Below are positions 39,306 to 49,366 of a stretch of DNA of 64,000 nt, in pieces. Position 1 is the stretch's first letter. Each line of letters opens with the position of its first letter. The notes below the pieces were generated by a model, which saw only the letters and a list, made by a program, of their open reading frames with translations, was not told the origin of the DNA and did no database searches. Origin of the DNA: Syntrophales bacterium (GTDB taxonomy: Bacteria > Desulfobacterota > Syntrophia > Syntrophales > JACQWR01); NCBI GenBank assembly GCA_049302035.1, contig JBAQLR010000108.1:4886-68885 (forward strand), written 5' to 3'. Both the position numbers and the translations under genes were made by a program.

Positions 39306-40495
39306 GGCTGCTTCATCCTCCCGATAATGGTTTCCGCATCCTTGTCCCCCCGCCCGGAAAGATTGACCACGATGATCTTCCCTCTCCCCAGGCGCGGAGC
39401 AAGCTGCATGGCATAGGCGACGGCGTGGGCGCTCTCCAGCGCCGGGATGATGCCTTCCAGTTTGGAAAGGGAGAGAAAAGCGGAAACCGCTTCGTCGTCG
39501 CCAATTGTCACATACTTGGCCCGACCGGTGGCATGAAAATAGCTGTGCTCCGGGCCAATGCCGGGATAATCGAGGCCCGCCGCCAAGGAATAGGCATCCC
39601 TGACCTGACCGGCGCTATCCTGGAGAAGGTAGGTTTTATTGCCGTGCAGCACCCCTACCCGGCCCGCCGTAATGCTTGCCGCGTGCAGCCCGGTCGCAAT
39701 ACCCTCGCCGGATGCTTCGACGCCGAACATGGATACCTCAGCCAGGCTGCGGAAAGGATAAAATAGCCCCATGGCGTTGCTGCCGCCGCCGACACAGGCG
39801 ACCAGCGCATCGGGATAGCGGCCCGCGCTTTTGATGATCTGTCTTTTTGTTTCCCGGCCGATGACGCTCTGAAAATCTCGCACCATCCGCGGATAGGGAT
39901 GGGGACCAGCCGTGGAACCGATCACATAATAGGTGTCCCGCACCTGGGAGACCCACTGGCGCATTGCCTCATTCATGGCATCCTTCAGGGTAGCCGTGCC
40001 GGAATCGACGGGAATGACTTCCGCCCCCAGTATTTTCATGCGAAAGACATTCGGCGCTTGGCGTCGAATATCTTCCTCGCCCATGAATATTTGGCAGGAC
40101 ATGCCGAAGAGGGCCGCGACGGTGGCCGTGGCGACCCCGTGCTGACCGGCGCCCGTCTCGGCAATAATTTTTCTCTTACCCATCCGGCGGGCCAAAAGCG
40201 CCTGCCCTAGGGTATTGTTAATTTTGTGGGAACCGGTATGGTTTAAATCCTCCCGCTTCAAGTAGATGGTGGCGCCGTTCAGATGTTCCGTCAGTCGCTG
40301 CGCCAGGTACAGCGGTGTTTCACGTCCCGCGTAATCGTGCAGATAAGCGCGCCACTCGCTCAGGAAGGCTTTATCTTTCCGTGCAGTTTCGTAGGCTTTT
40401 TCCAGCTCGAGCAAAGCCGGCATAAGCGTCTCGGCGGCATAACGCCCCCCAAAAATGCCAAAATGTCCCTTTTTATCGGGTAAAGAATTTCTCAT
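39302..40495 (-). CDS. trpB: tryptophan synthase beta chain
   Basis: '[16 protein letters not shown]' PLP-lysine motif and 'GGGSNAMG'. Confidence 0.95.
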   Translation of the reverse strand: MRNSLPDKKGHFGIFGGRYAAETLMPALLELEKAYETARKDKAFLSEWRAYLHDYAGRETPLYLAQRLTEHLNGATIYLKREDLNHTGSHKINNTLGQALLARRMGKRKIIAETGAGQHGVATATVAALFGMSCQIFMGEEDIRRQAPNVFRMKILGAEVIPVDSGTATLKDAMNEAMRQWVSQVRDTYYVIGSTAGPHPYPRMVRDFQSVIGRETKRQIIKSAGRYPDALVACVGGGSNAMGLFYPFRSLAEVSMFGVEASGEGIATGLHAASITAGRVGVLHGNKTYLLQDSAGQVRDAYSLAAGLDYPGIGPEHSYFHATGRAKYVTIGDDEAVSAFLSLSKLEGIIPALESAHAVAYAMQLAPRLGRGKIIVVNLSGRGDKDAETIIGRMKQP

Positions 40496-40556
40496 ATATC
40501 GTCTCGTTTCAAATGTACGACTTCACTCTCCGTTGCTCTTCTCCCCCGCTTTTACT

Positions 40557-40595
40557 CCCCTCAATCCCCTCCCTCGACGGGAGGGGATTGAGGGG
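40557..40595. repeat. perfect 17-bp-stem hairpin in the trpF-trpB spacer; member of a GC-rich repeat family
   Basis: CCCCTCAATCCCCTCCC-tcgac-GGGAGGGGATTGAGGGG. One arm recurs at 43848-43870. Confidence 0.85.
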
Positions 40596-40662
40596 AGGGT
40601 GCCCCCCGCCCTGACCCTCCCCTTTAGGCCTTTTGGGTCCGTCGAGGGGGAGGAAATATTGG

Positions 40663-41328
40663 CTATCGTTCAGTTTGAGGGCGAGGAATAAATAGTTTCC
40701 TCACCCCTTTTCTATCGTCCTTGCCCCTGATAATATCCACCATGCGGCGCACCTTATCGTGATCCTTCCGGCCCGGCGCTATTTCCACGCCGCTGTTGAT
40801 GTCCACGGCATCTGGAGAAACCTCCGCCAAGGCCGCGACAATATTTTCTTCCCTCAACCCCCCGGAGAGGATCAGCGTCCGGTTTTCCTTAACCCGGCGC
40901 GCCAATTTCCAGTTGGCCTGCCGTCCCGTGCCGCCGTAGCAACCGGCAGTGCGGGAATCAACGAGCAGCGCCTGCACTTGATACGCAGCCAGCGCAGAAA
41001 GTTCGCTTGCCGTGAGAGAAACCGCCTTGATCAAGAGCGAAGGGGGAAACTGGCGGCAATAGGCAGGTGTCTCGTCACCGTGGAGCTGGATGTAATCAAG
41101 CCCGCAATCTTCAAAGATCCGCTGCACTTCATCCGGCTTCTGGTTGACAAACACGCCTACCCTGGCCACCTCAGGCGGCAGAGCCGCGATGATCCGCTTC
41201 GCGTCGGACGGGGCAATATATCTGGGGCTGCGATCATAAAATATAAATCCCAGCGCCTCCACCCTGCAGGCTGCGGCAAAGAGGGCATCCTCCAGATCGG
41301 TGATGCCGCAAATCTTGATCTCCGTCAC
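40663..41328 (-). CDS. trpF: phosphoribosylanthranilate isomerase
   Basis: 'IKICGIT', 'GFIF...SPR', 'IQLHGDE' and 'LILSGGL'. The C-terminal tail may run into the repeat region. Confidence 0.85.
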   Translation of the reverse strand: MTEIKICGITDLEDALFAAACRVEALGFIFYDRSPRYIAPSDAKRIIAALPPEVARVGVFVNQKPDEVQRIFEDCGLDYIQLHGDETPAYCRQFPPSLLIKAVSLTASELSALAAYQVQALLVDSRTAGCYGGTGRQANWKLARRVKENRTLILSGGLREENIVAALAEVSPDAVDINSGVEIAPGRKDHDKVRRMVDIIRGKDDRKGVRKLFIPRPQTER

Positions 41329-42116
41329 GGCGTTACCCGCCTGCCGGACAGCTCCCGGAGCTGCTGCCCCGGTTCCGCCGCACGCATCAATGTTTCACCG
41401 ATGAGAAAAGCATGAATACCCGCCTCCATGAGCATCTCAATGTCGATCCGGTTCCTGATGCCGCTTTCGCTCACCAGGATTTTCCCGGCCGGCACATGGG
41501 CGGCCAGAACCAGAGAATTACTGATATCCGTAATAAATGTCTGGAGATTACGGTTGTTGACCCCGATAATCTCAGCGCCGGCCGCCAAAGCTACCTCCAG
41601 ATCGTTGATCGCATGAACCTCCACCAATGGCCAGATTCCCAGTGAACGGGCGATGGCGATGAATTCCCGCAATCGCGTCTCCGGCAAGACGCCGGCGATC
41701 AGCAGCATCGCATCGGCGCCTATAAGGCGGGATTCATAAATCTGGTAGGCGTCGATAATGAAATCTTTGCGCAACACCGGAATACCCACCCGCTGCTTGA
41801 TCGCCACAAGATCAGCCGACGCCCCATGAAAGAATTCCCGTTCCGTCAGCACGGAAATGGCCGCCGCGCCATTTTGTTCGTAAACGGCAGCCGCCTCGCC
41901 GGGATCTATTTCCTCCCGCAGGGCGCCGCAAGATGGCGAATGCCTTTTAATCTCGGCAATAATGGCACAGCTACCCCCCAGCGCCACACGGAAATCCGGC
42001 CCCGTGGCCACGGGCACGTCCTTCACCCGCGCCTGCAACTCCGGCAAAGGCATGCTTTTTTTCAGAAGCGCTACTTCTCTTTTCTTCGCCGTAATTATTT
42101 TATCCAAGATAGTCAT
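41325..42116 (-). CDS. trpC: indole-3-glycerol-phosphate synthase
   Basis: 'IIAEIKRHSPS', 'AISVLTE' and 'IGVNNRNL'. Confidence 0.9.
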   Translation of the reverse strand: MTILDKIITAKKREVALLKKSMPLPELQARVKDVPVATGPDFRVALGGSCAIIAEIKRHSPSCGALREEIDPGEAAAVYEQNGAAAISVLTEREFFHGASADLVAIKQRVGIPVLRKDFIIDAYQIYESRLIGADAMLLIAGVLPETRLREFIAIARSLGIWPLVEVHAINDLEVALAAGAEIIGVNNRNLQTFITDISNSLVLAAHVPAGKILVSESGIRNRIDIEMLMEAGIHAFLIGETLMRAAEPGQQLRELSGRRVTP

Positions 42117-42167
42117 GTATTTCGTCCACCCCCACCCTAACCCTCCCCTTTAGGCCCTTTGGGTCCG

Positions 42168-43178
42168 TCAACTGTTCGTACGTTGAATCAAGGTTTCAAG
42201 TTTGGCCGACGCAGCGCCGCTGTCAATGCAGGCAGCGGCTATGCCGATTCCTTCGCGCACATTGCCCGCCTTGTTGCCGGCCACGAGCGCCAGGGCGGCA
42301 TTCAGCAGCACGACCTTACGGCGGGGGCTGTCTTCTCCAGCCAGAATCTGGCGCGTGATCACGGCGTTTTCTGCCGGTGTCCCCCCCTTTAGATCCTTGA
42401 GGGCGCATGTCTCCCCGAAGAAATCCCGGGGATCGATGTTGTAAGTGCTAACCAGCCCGTCCTTCAACTCGGACACCCGGGTTTCGCCTGTCACCGTTGC
42501 CTCATCAAGCCCGTCGGCGCCGTGGACGATAAAGGCGCGTTTCGTCCCGAGATTTTTCAGGACACCGGCAAACATTTCCGTTAATTTGGCGTCGTAAACG
42601 CCAATAAGCTGGCAGTTCGCGCCGGCAGGATTCGTAAGTGGTCCCAGCATATTGAAAATGGTGCGGATACCGATCTCGCGACGCGGCCCGATGGCGTGTT
42701 TCATCGCTCCATGGAGCAGGGGAGCAAAAAGAAAGCCGATGCCGATCTGCCCGAGACACTCCTCCACGATCTCCGGCCCCACATTGATGTTCACACCCAG
42801 GGCCTCCAGCACATCGGCGCTGCCGCTACCGCTGGAGACGGCGCGATTACCGTGTTTGGCTACCGCCAAACCGGCGGCAGCCACGACAAAAGCCGTCGTC
42901 GTCGAGATATTGAAGGTATTGATCCCATCCCCGCCCGTGCCGCAGGTATCCACGATTACCGGGGCGCAGGCATCGATGCGGGTGGCCATCTGGCGCATAA
43001 TCCGGGCAGCGCCGGTGACTTCCGCCACCGTTTCTCCTTTCATCCGCAGGGCCGTGATGAAGGCGGCGATCTGGGGCGCTGTCGCAACACCGGTCATCAC
43101 CTCGGACATAACCTCCATCATGACCTTCTCCGACAAATCCTCGCCCTTCACAACGGTTGCGATTGCTTCTTTAATCAT
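42168..43178 (-). CDS. trpD: anthranilate phosphoribosyltransferase
   Basis: '[16 protein letters not shown]' and '[14 protein letters not shown]'. Confidence 0.9.
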   Translation of the reverse strand: MIKEAIATVVKGEDLSEKVMMEVMSEVMTGVATAPQIAAFITALRMKGETVAEVTGAARIMRQMATRIDACAPVIVDTCGTGGDGINTFNISTTTAFVVAAAGLAVAKHGNRAVSSGSGSADVLEALGVNINVGPEIVEECLGQIGIGFLFAPLLHGAMKHAIGPRREIGIRTIFNMLGPLTNPAGANCQLIGVYDAKLTEMFAGVLKNLGTKRAFIVHGADGLDEATVTGETRVSELKDGLVSTYNIDPRDFFGETCALKDLKGGTPAENAVITRQILAGEDSPRRKVVLLNAALALVAGNKAGNVREGIGIAAACIDSGAASAKLETLIQRTNS

Positions 43179-43765
43179 TTAATTGCTCCTGGACAGTCCG
43201 CCACCAGGTCCAAAAAGTTCTTGATCAATCTTTTGCCCTGGGGGGTGAGGATAGATTCCGGATGAAACTGGATACCCTCCAGCAGATATTTCCGGTGCCT
43301 GATCCCCATGATTTCACCTTCTTGCGTGGAAGCGCTGATTTCAAACTCTGCCGGCAAGGTCTGCCGGTCGATGATCAGCGAGTGATAACGACCCGCCTTG
43401 AAGGGATTAGGCAAACCTTGAAAAATCGTCCGGCCGTCGTTGATAATTTCCGACGTTTTGCCGTGCATCACACGGTCCGCCCGAATCACTGCGGCCCCAA
43501 AGGCATACCCGATGGCCTGATGCCCCAGACATACCCCCAGGATCGGCAAGCGGCCGGAAAAATGTTTGATTGCCGCTACAGTAACGCCAGCCTCGCGGGG
43601 CGTGCAGGGACCAGGCGAAAGAAAAATGGCTGTCGGCTTTAACGCCTCGATCTCCGACAGATCAATCTTGTCATTGCGGCGCACCAGCACCTCCGCGCCC
43701 AACTGCCCCAGATATTGCACCAGGTTGTAGGTAAAAGAATCATAATTGTCTATCATTAAAATCAT
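43175..43765 (-). CDS. trpG: anthranilate synthase component II (glutamine amidotransferase)
   Basis: '[19 protein letters not shown]', 'GVCLGHQ' and 'QFHPES'. The start is trimmed to the Met at 43765. Confidence 0.9.
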   Translation of the reverse strand: MILMIDNYDSFTYNLVQYLGQLGAEVLVRRNDKIDLSEIEALKPTAIFLSPGPCTPREAGVTVAAIKHFSGRLPILGVCLGHQAIGYAFGAAVIRADRVMHGKTSEIINDGRTIFQGLPNPFKAGRYHSLIIDRQTLPAEFEISASTQEGEIMGIRHRKYLLEGIQFHPESILTPQGKRLIKNFLDLVADCPGAIK

Positions 43766-43899
43766 CTTGACACCTTTTTGATCTGTAATTTTATTACTCC
43801 CCCTCTGACGGAGCCAACGGGCCTCAAGGGGAAGGCCAGGGAGGTTCACCCTCCCCTCAATCCCCTCCCGTCAAGGGCTGGAAGAAAGGCCGATACGTT

Positions 43900-45414
43900 T
43901 CATCCTGTAATCTCGAATCCCTTTTTTGCCAGCAGGATCGCCTGTTTCATCCCCTCCGCCTTGTTCATCGTTTCCTGGTACTCCCGCCCCGGGTCGGAAT
44001 CCGCGACAATCCCGGCGCCCGCCTGGATATAAAGCTGGTCACCCTTCATCATAATCGTCCTAATGGTAATGCAGAAATCCATATTGCCGCCAAAACTGAA
44101 ATAGCCCACCGCCCCGCCGTAAGGTCCCCGCCGCGTCGGCTCCAGTTCATCGATGATTTCCATGGCCCGGATCTTCGGCGCCCCGCTTAACGTCCCGGCG
44201 GGAAAAGTGGCCCGCAACACATCGAAGGCATCGTTGCCTGCCGCCAACTGCGCCTGAATGTTGGAAACCAGATGCATCACATGGGAGTACCTTTCCACCG
44301 TCATGAGCTGTGTCACCTGCACGCTCCCGACCACGGCAATCCGGCCCAGATCGTTCCGGCCCAGATCAACGAGCATGACGTGCTCCGCCCTTTCCTTGGG
44401 ATCTTCCAGCAGATCATCGGCAAGCCGCCGGTCTTCCTGCTCGCTTGCGCCCCTTTTTCTCGTGCCGGCGATCGGCCGCAACTCCACCGTTTTTTCTTCC
44501 AGGCGCACCATGACCTCCGGTGAAGAACCGATCAGGGTCAGCTCCGGCAACTTCAGGAAAAACAGGTAGGGAGAAGGATTCACATAACGCAGCGCCCGGT
44601 AGAGATTGACGGGGCTCAAGCGATTCGCCATCTGGAAGCGCTGGGAAAGCACGACCTGGATGATGTCCCCGCTCATGATATACTCTTTCGCTTTTTCCAC
44701 TATCCCTTCGAAGTAAGCACGGGACATGTTGCTCTCAAAAACCGCTTCCTCACCGGCCACAGGCGCCGCCGCTTCTTCCTCGATGTCCGGGGCAGCAAGG
44801 AGGGCCAGCATTTCGTCTATTTTACGGGCGCAATTATGGTAAACCTCTGTGAGCGTTTCCTTTCCTTCCGTAAAACCGCAGGCAACCACTTTGATCGTAT
44901 GGCGGACGCTGTCAAAGACAATCAGCGTGTCCGTGATGAGAAAGACGGCGTCGTCCGTCGGCAGGTCATTTTTTGCCCGGGCCGGCAAGCTTTCAAAATA
45001 GCGCACCATGTCATAGCCGAAAAATCCCACCGCGCCGCCGTAAAAGCGGGGACAACCGGCAACGGCAACCGGCCGGTAAGGACTGATCATTTCCTTGAGA
45101 AAGCGCAGCGGCTCGCCCTGATGGGGCTCACGACGGCTTTGGCCGTTCTGTTCGATGATGACCTCCGCACCCCGCACCCGCAAGACCGCCTGCGGATCAG
45201 CGCCCAGAAAGGTGTAACGACCCCACTTCTCGCCGCCTTCCATGCTTTCCAGCAAAAAGGCCGAAGGCCGGTCGCTCAGCTTCTTCAGTACCGAGACCGG
45301 CGTCTCCGTATCCGCCAGAATTTCGCGGTAAAGGGGAATCAAATTCCCCTCCCTGGCTAATTTTTCAAAATCTGCAAAAGCCGGGTAATACATAAAATCC
45401 CCTTTTAATTCCAT
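43900..45414 (-). CDS. trpE: anthranilate synthase component I
   Basis: 'LLESMEGGEKWGRY' and 'GAVGYFSFGGNMDFCITIRT'. An alternative start lies at 45393. Confidence 0.9.
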   Translation of the reverse strand: MELKGDFMYYPAFADFEKLAREGNLIPLYREILADTETPVSVLKKLSDRPSAFLLESMEGGEKWGRYTFLGADPQAVLRVRGAEVIIEQNGQSRREPHQGEPLRFLKEMISPYRPVAVAGCPRFYGGAVGFFGYDMVRYFESLPARAKNDLPTDDAVFLITDTLIVFDSVRHTIKVVACGFTEGKETLTEVYHNCARKIDEMLALLAAPDIEEEAAAPVAGEEAVFESNMSRAYFEGIVEKAKEYIMSGDIIQVVLSQRFQMANRLSPVNLYRALRYVNPSPYLFFLKLPELTLIGSSPEVMVRLEEKTVELRPIAGTRKRGASEQEDRRLADDLLEDPKERAEHVMLVDLGRNDLGRIAVVGSVQVTQLMTVERYSHVMHLVSNIQAQLAAGNDAFDVLRATFPAGTLSGAPKIRAMEIIDELEPTRRGPYGGAVGYFSFGGNMDFCITIRTIMMKGDQLYIQAGAGIVADSDPGREYQETMNKAEGMKQAILLAKKGFEITG

Positions 45415-45431
45415 AATTTTTCACTAGCAAC

Positions 45432-45464
45432 AAAAAAGGCCGTGATTTCTCGCGGCCTTTTTGT
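45432..45464 (-). terminator. rho-independent terminator after the YjbH-like gene
   Basis: The minus strand has a GGCCGCGA/TCACGGCC stem (8 bp including one G-U, loop GAAA) followed by TTTTTTG. It lies just upstream of trpE. Confidence 0.6.
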
Positions 45465-45474
45465 CAAACATTTT

Positions 45475-47619
45475 TTACCGGTACGTCAGATAGGCATCCC
45501 GCAAGCGCAACAGGTGTTTCCTGATGTAATCCTCCGTTAAGCGATCGCGATTGTAGAAGATCCGCTCCAGATTGTACCGCGGCTGCGGATTAACGCCAAT
45601 GGAAGTCGCCAGATAATTCGCCTCCCCCGGCGAGACAATCTTCGTTTCCTGCGAATAGCTCCACTCGTCGCTACCCTTAACCTGGACGATATAAGGCTTC
45701 ATATCCCGACGGAAAGTCAGGGGGATGGAAAACTGCACGCCGGCCATCTGCACATGTTCCTCGGCTGCCGTTTGGGAATCCTTAAAGTATATCGTTAGCG
45801 CCGTATCACCGAAGAATCTCTTTAACTCCAGCCGGTAACCGCGATCCTGATCCAGAAATTTACCGGCAGTCCCTATCAGGTAGAGATCGAGCGGGCTGGA
45901 ATAGTAGCGGTAGGAGCCTAGGTAAACGCTTTTTTTCTCATCAGGAACGCTACTTTCCGTATTGTCGAGATAGGCATGCTTCAGCATAAAACGGTGATTG
46001 CCGCTCCCCGGCGTCCACATCAGTTCATTAAGGGTCCCGTAGGTATCCCTAAGGATGTAGCCCGCTCCGAGGTTGAGCATCACGGAAGGCGTGGCCTTGA
46101 TAGCCTGAAAAAGCATAAGCCGTTCGAACTGGCTGCCCTTGCGGCTATTCCCATAGACCTGCCCGTCGTCGTAAACGTCGCTCCAATCAAGGGGAATGTC
46201 CCAGCGCGCATTCAAGACGGCGCCCGGCCAGAGATTAACGTATAAATCCGGTTTCAGCGACAGCATGTAATCGAAGTTTCCGTAATCGGAGGCAACCAGC
46301 GTGGACAGGGCCGGCGCAAGGAATAACTCCGATTTCAGGAAGGAAGGATTGGCTTTTTCGTCAATGAAACGCACAGAATCATCTACCGCCACTTCGGTAG
46401 TTATCCCCAGCGTGCCATCCAATTGATATTCGTTGTCCGGATTCTGTAAAAAACTGCGAAAATCCGCGAGGGGCGCCGTAAGCTGGAGCATCCTGATACC
46501 CTGTACTTTGATAATAAGCTGCAGAATCTCGAAATCGGGAGAAACGTTATCCACAACAGTGCCGATGACGACTCCGAGGCCATCCAACTGATTATAGTTA
46601 TAACGGCGGTTCTCATATTCGATGACCAGCAGCGCCCCCTCCGGATCCGTACCCACCCGGACATTCTGGAAGCCGTCGGCCGCCAGTTTTTCCTGTAAGG
46701 TTTGCAGAGCGGGTTTGCCGTCTCCCACCTTGTCCTGTGCACTTGCTGCGGTCACCCCTCCTGTCGTCATGGCGAGGCGCCCGGGTGGCGCGGCAATCTC
46801 TTGGACGCTCGCCGGTTCATGGAATTGCTTCGTTTTACTCGCAATGACCGGCGAATCGTTTCGCGACGTGCCTGCCACGGTTGCTGCCGCTTTGTCGGGC
46901 ACAGGCTGCCGGTTGTGGCGGTCCATGCCTAAAACAAACTGGAGACCGATGCCGAACTCCAGGTCCCGTGACCGGTGATCGAGGGATGATTTAGCGGTAG
47001 CCTGAAGGCTTATGGGCCAGCCGCCTAACTCCGGCGTGACCAACCTGAGCCCCACATTCGCCTCTTCCGTGTCTCTTTCGCCAAGGAGATAAAGCCAGTC
47101 AAAGGCCTTAAGCTCCAGGCCGCCAAAGGCGCCGTCCAGCCGGTCCGGACCAAAGCCGTACCCCATGGTGAAGCGCAACCGCCACCATTCCTTCGAGGCC
47201 ACCAGATATTTCGTCTGGAAATTCTTCGCGCCCCCCCCCACGTCCTGCATGCCGAAAGCGAGATCGGGAAGATAACTATCCTCCGGGATAAAGGGCATTT
47301 TGATCTTAAAATTGGCCGACAGATCGCGTATCTCCCCCGGGGCGGCATCAGTTATGCGTCCACCTATTTCAAAACAAGGCAACAGGCCAAGGGAGAAGAT
47401 ATAGCTGTCCTCACGGGTAAGCCAATCGCGCTTGCTGCTTTCCTCCTGATCGGAATAGAATAAAACAACTTTCCCCTGATCCGTCACGGCGGCGTTCGGA
47501 ATATTGAGCAGCCCCGTATATCCCTGAAGCGACATGGCATTCTGAAATCCTGCCGCAGCGCAAACCGGCGCCGTCAAAAGAAGTACGATAATACCCAGGT
47601 ACAGAGCGACAGTTTTCAT
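45475..47619 (-). CDS. YjbH-family outer-membrane/EPS-associated protein
   Basis: Signal peptide, then 'LQGYTGLLNIPNAAV', which resembles the YjbH 'GGVGLLQTPTA' N-terminus. Its length of 714 aa is typical, and it ends in an aromatic residue as beta-barrel proteins do. Confidence 0.55.
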   Translation of the reverse strand: MKTVALYLGIIVLLLTAPVCAAAGFQNAMSLQGYTGLLNIPNAAVTDQGKVVLFYSDQEESSKRDWLTREDSYIFSLGLLPCFEIGGRITDAAPGEIRDLSANFKIKMPFIPEDSYLPDLAFGMQDVGGGAKNFQTKYLVASKEWWRLRFTMGYGFGPDRLDGAFGGLELKAFDWLYLLGERDTEEANVGLRLVTPELGGWPISLQATAKSSLDHRSRDLEFGIGLQFVLGMDRHNRQPVPDKAAATVAGTSRNDSPVIASKTKQFHEPASVQEIAAPPGRLAMTTGGVTAASAQDKVGDGKPALQTLQEKLAADGFQNVRVGTDPEGALLVIEYENRRYNYNQLDGLGVVIGTVVDNVSPDFEILQLIIKVQGIRMLQLTAPLADFRSFLQNPDNEYQLDGTLGITTEVAVDDSVRFIDEKANPSFLKSELFLAPALSTLVASDYGNFDYMLSLKPDLYVNLWPGAVLNARWDIPLDWSDVYDDGQVYGNSRKGSQFERLMLFQAIKATPSVMLNLGAGYILRDTYGTLNELMWTPGSGNHRFMLKHAYLDNTESSVPDEKKSVYLGSYRYYSSPLDLYLIGTAGKFLDQDRGYRLELKRFFGDTALTIYFKDSQTAAEEHVQMAGVQFSIPLTFRRDMKPYIVQVKGSDEWSYSQETKIVSPGEANYLATSIGVNPQPRYNLERIFYNRDRLTEDYIRKHLLRLRDAYLTYR

Positions 47620-47670
47620 ACACTTGCTTTCATGGTGGGAAAATTAGGAGAAACGAGAGCGCAGGGGCAT

Positions 47671-47715
47671 CAAAAAGTGTTACAGGGGGGAGACTTACCG
47701 CCTCCCCCCTGTAAC
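47671..47715 (-). terminator. rho-independent terminator after the He_PIG-domain gene
   Basis: Perfect 14-bp stem GTTACAGGGGGGAG/CTCCCCCCTGTAAC (47679-47692 and 47702-47715), followed on the minus strand by ACTTTTTG. Confidence 0.65.
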
Positions 47716-47775
47716 TTTCAAACTTCTCTTAAATTTTTAGCAGAGATCAACTCACACTTCCGGCCATAGCAACGA

Positions 47776-49086
47776 TCAGAAGCCGCTCCCGGTGCCGCCC
47801 GTGCCACCGGTACCACCAGTGCCGCCAGTGCTGCCCGTTGCCCCAGCGGTTACGGTGATTGTGAAGGCCGGCAGAGACACAAGAGCGTTACCCGGACCAT
47901 CTGAAACGGAAATCACTATGCCGGCGTGCGTTCCGGCCTGGGTGGGCGTGCCACTTAACTGGCCCGTGGCGGTATTGAAAGTAGTCCCGCTCGGTTTATT
48001 TACGATGCTGAAGAGCAACGTATCGCCATCCGGGTCGTACGCAGTGGGTGTGAATGAATACAACGCACCAACGGTACCCTGCGTGCCGGGTTGACCAGAA
48101 ATGGTCGGCGGCCTGTTAACCGACGCTTGAACCGTTACTGTTGTGGTCGCATCTGCTGCCGCCGTATCTGCAGCCGAGTTCAACGCCGAGACACCGGCCT
48201 GTGATACCAGAGATGCCTCCTCTACAGTACCGGTTGTGCTAGTGGAGCCGATTACCGTCGCCACGTTTTGGATAAGCGAATCGGGAACTATCAGCGCAGC
48301 GGTGTTTGCGGCGGCGGCAAAGGTGATCCTGCTATGCAAAGTGGCATCGTCCAGGGTTTGCTGGACTGCAACCCGCAGCGCTGCTGCTAAGGTACTCACC
48401 GTGGTTAAACCCGCGGCTGTCGTCGTGTCTTTAAGCTGGTTGGCGATATTGGCCATGGCAGTTGATTGCAGAGCGACAATCTGCCGATTAGTTAAAGTAC
48501 CACCAGCGCTGGTGTTCATGGTTTTTGTCAAGCTGTTGATCGTCGCCTGAATGCTATGCACAAAAAACGCGGCGGCCGACGTAGTCCCCCGTGTAATGTC
48601 TGCATCGTAATCCACCCCCAGCCGGGAAATAACTGCCGCCATCGACGGTTCTGCAACCACCAAAGTCGTAAGGGGAGAAACTCTCAGGGAACCGGACGGG
48701 GCCATCATGGTTATAGCCGTATTGCCGGTCAAAGAATCTACTCCGGCGATGGAAACAAGGATATAAGGATAAGAAGGTGTAACGGGAAGCGTGAAGGTTC
48801 CTTCCCTTCCAGATATCGCCGAAGATGTCGTTTGCGTAGCTGCTTCGCTGGCATTGACGGTACCGTCCGCTTCGACGCCTGTCGCATGATCGGCATAAAC
48901 AAATGCCCCCATAACATCACCGAGGACAACCTTACCTGACACGGGTGGTGGCAACGGATCATCGTCACCCCGGCAATTAATCAGCAAAGCCGAAGTAAAT
49001 AATATCGCCAAAATCCCCACAACGCTTGAAAACTTTTTGACTGTAACCTTCATTGTCATCCTCCTCATTACTGTACTAGTTAACAA
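47776..49086 (-). CDS. secreted protein with a cadherin-like 'putative Ig' (He_PIG) domain and a Gly/Thr-rich tail
   Basis: Signal/anchor segment, then '[62 protein letters not shown]'. It ends with '[22 protein letters not shown]'. Confidence 0.6.
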   Translation of the reverse strand: MLTSTVMRRMTMKVTVKKFSSVVGILAILFTSALLINCRGDDDPLPPPVSGKVVLGDVMGAFVYADHATGVEADGTVNASEAATQTTSSAISGREGTFTLPVTPSYPYILVSIAGVDSLTGNTAITMMAPSGSLRVSPLTTLVVAEPSMAAVISRLGVDYDADITRGTTSAAAFFVHSIQATINSLTKTMNTSAGGTLTNRQIVALQSTAMANIANQLKDTTTAAGLTTVSTLAAALRVAVQQTLDDATLHSRITFAAAANTAALIVPDSLIQNVATVIGSTSTTGTVEEASLVSQAGVSALNSAADTAAADATTTVTVQASVNRPPTISGQPGTQGTVGALYSFTPTAYDPDGDTLLFSIVNKPSGTTFNTATGQLSGTPTQAGTHAGIVISVSDGPGNALVSLPAFTITVTAGATGSTGGTGGTGGTGGTGSGF

Positions 49087-49257
49087 ACCATTTACCCGTA
49101 TAATTATGGCCGATTACTTTCGTGCCAGTTTTATGTAATCCACACTCCCAATCCATATTCCCATCTAAAGGAAATGATGAATCAGACAGCACACAACTGA
49201 TAACTACAGCCCGCTCGGAGAAAGTATCATAAAAAAAACAAATGTCAACAACATTTT

Positions 49258-49291
49258 CGACAACGCTAAAATTGATGACCTCGTAAAAAGT
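49258..49291 (-). repeat. degenerate relic of the cassette-junction repeat (CJR)
   Basis: cgacaACGCTAAAattgatGACCTcgtAAAAAGT versus the consensus gcaaaACGCTAAAtttcaaGACCTgacccccAAAAGT. It lies downstream of galE2. Confidence 0.4.
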
Positions 49292-49357
49292 AAATTCCCC
49301 CCTCACCCATTACGACACAGTCTCCCACGGGGAGGGAATTTGGGACTTTTTACGAGG
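49279..49357 (-). terminator. long imperfect hairpin (about 26-bp stem) downstream of galE2
   Basis: Arms are at 49279-49304 and 49329-49357. The outer 13 bp are perfect (CCTCGTAAAAAGT / ACTTTTTACGAGG). It overlaps the CJR relic. Confidence 0.45.
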
Positions 49358-49366
49358 CCATCAAAG

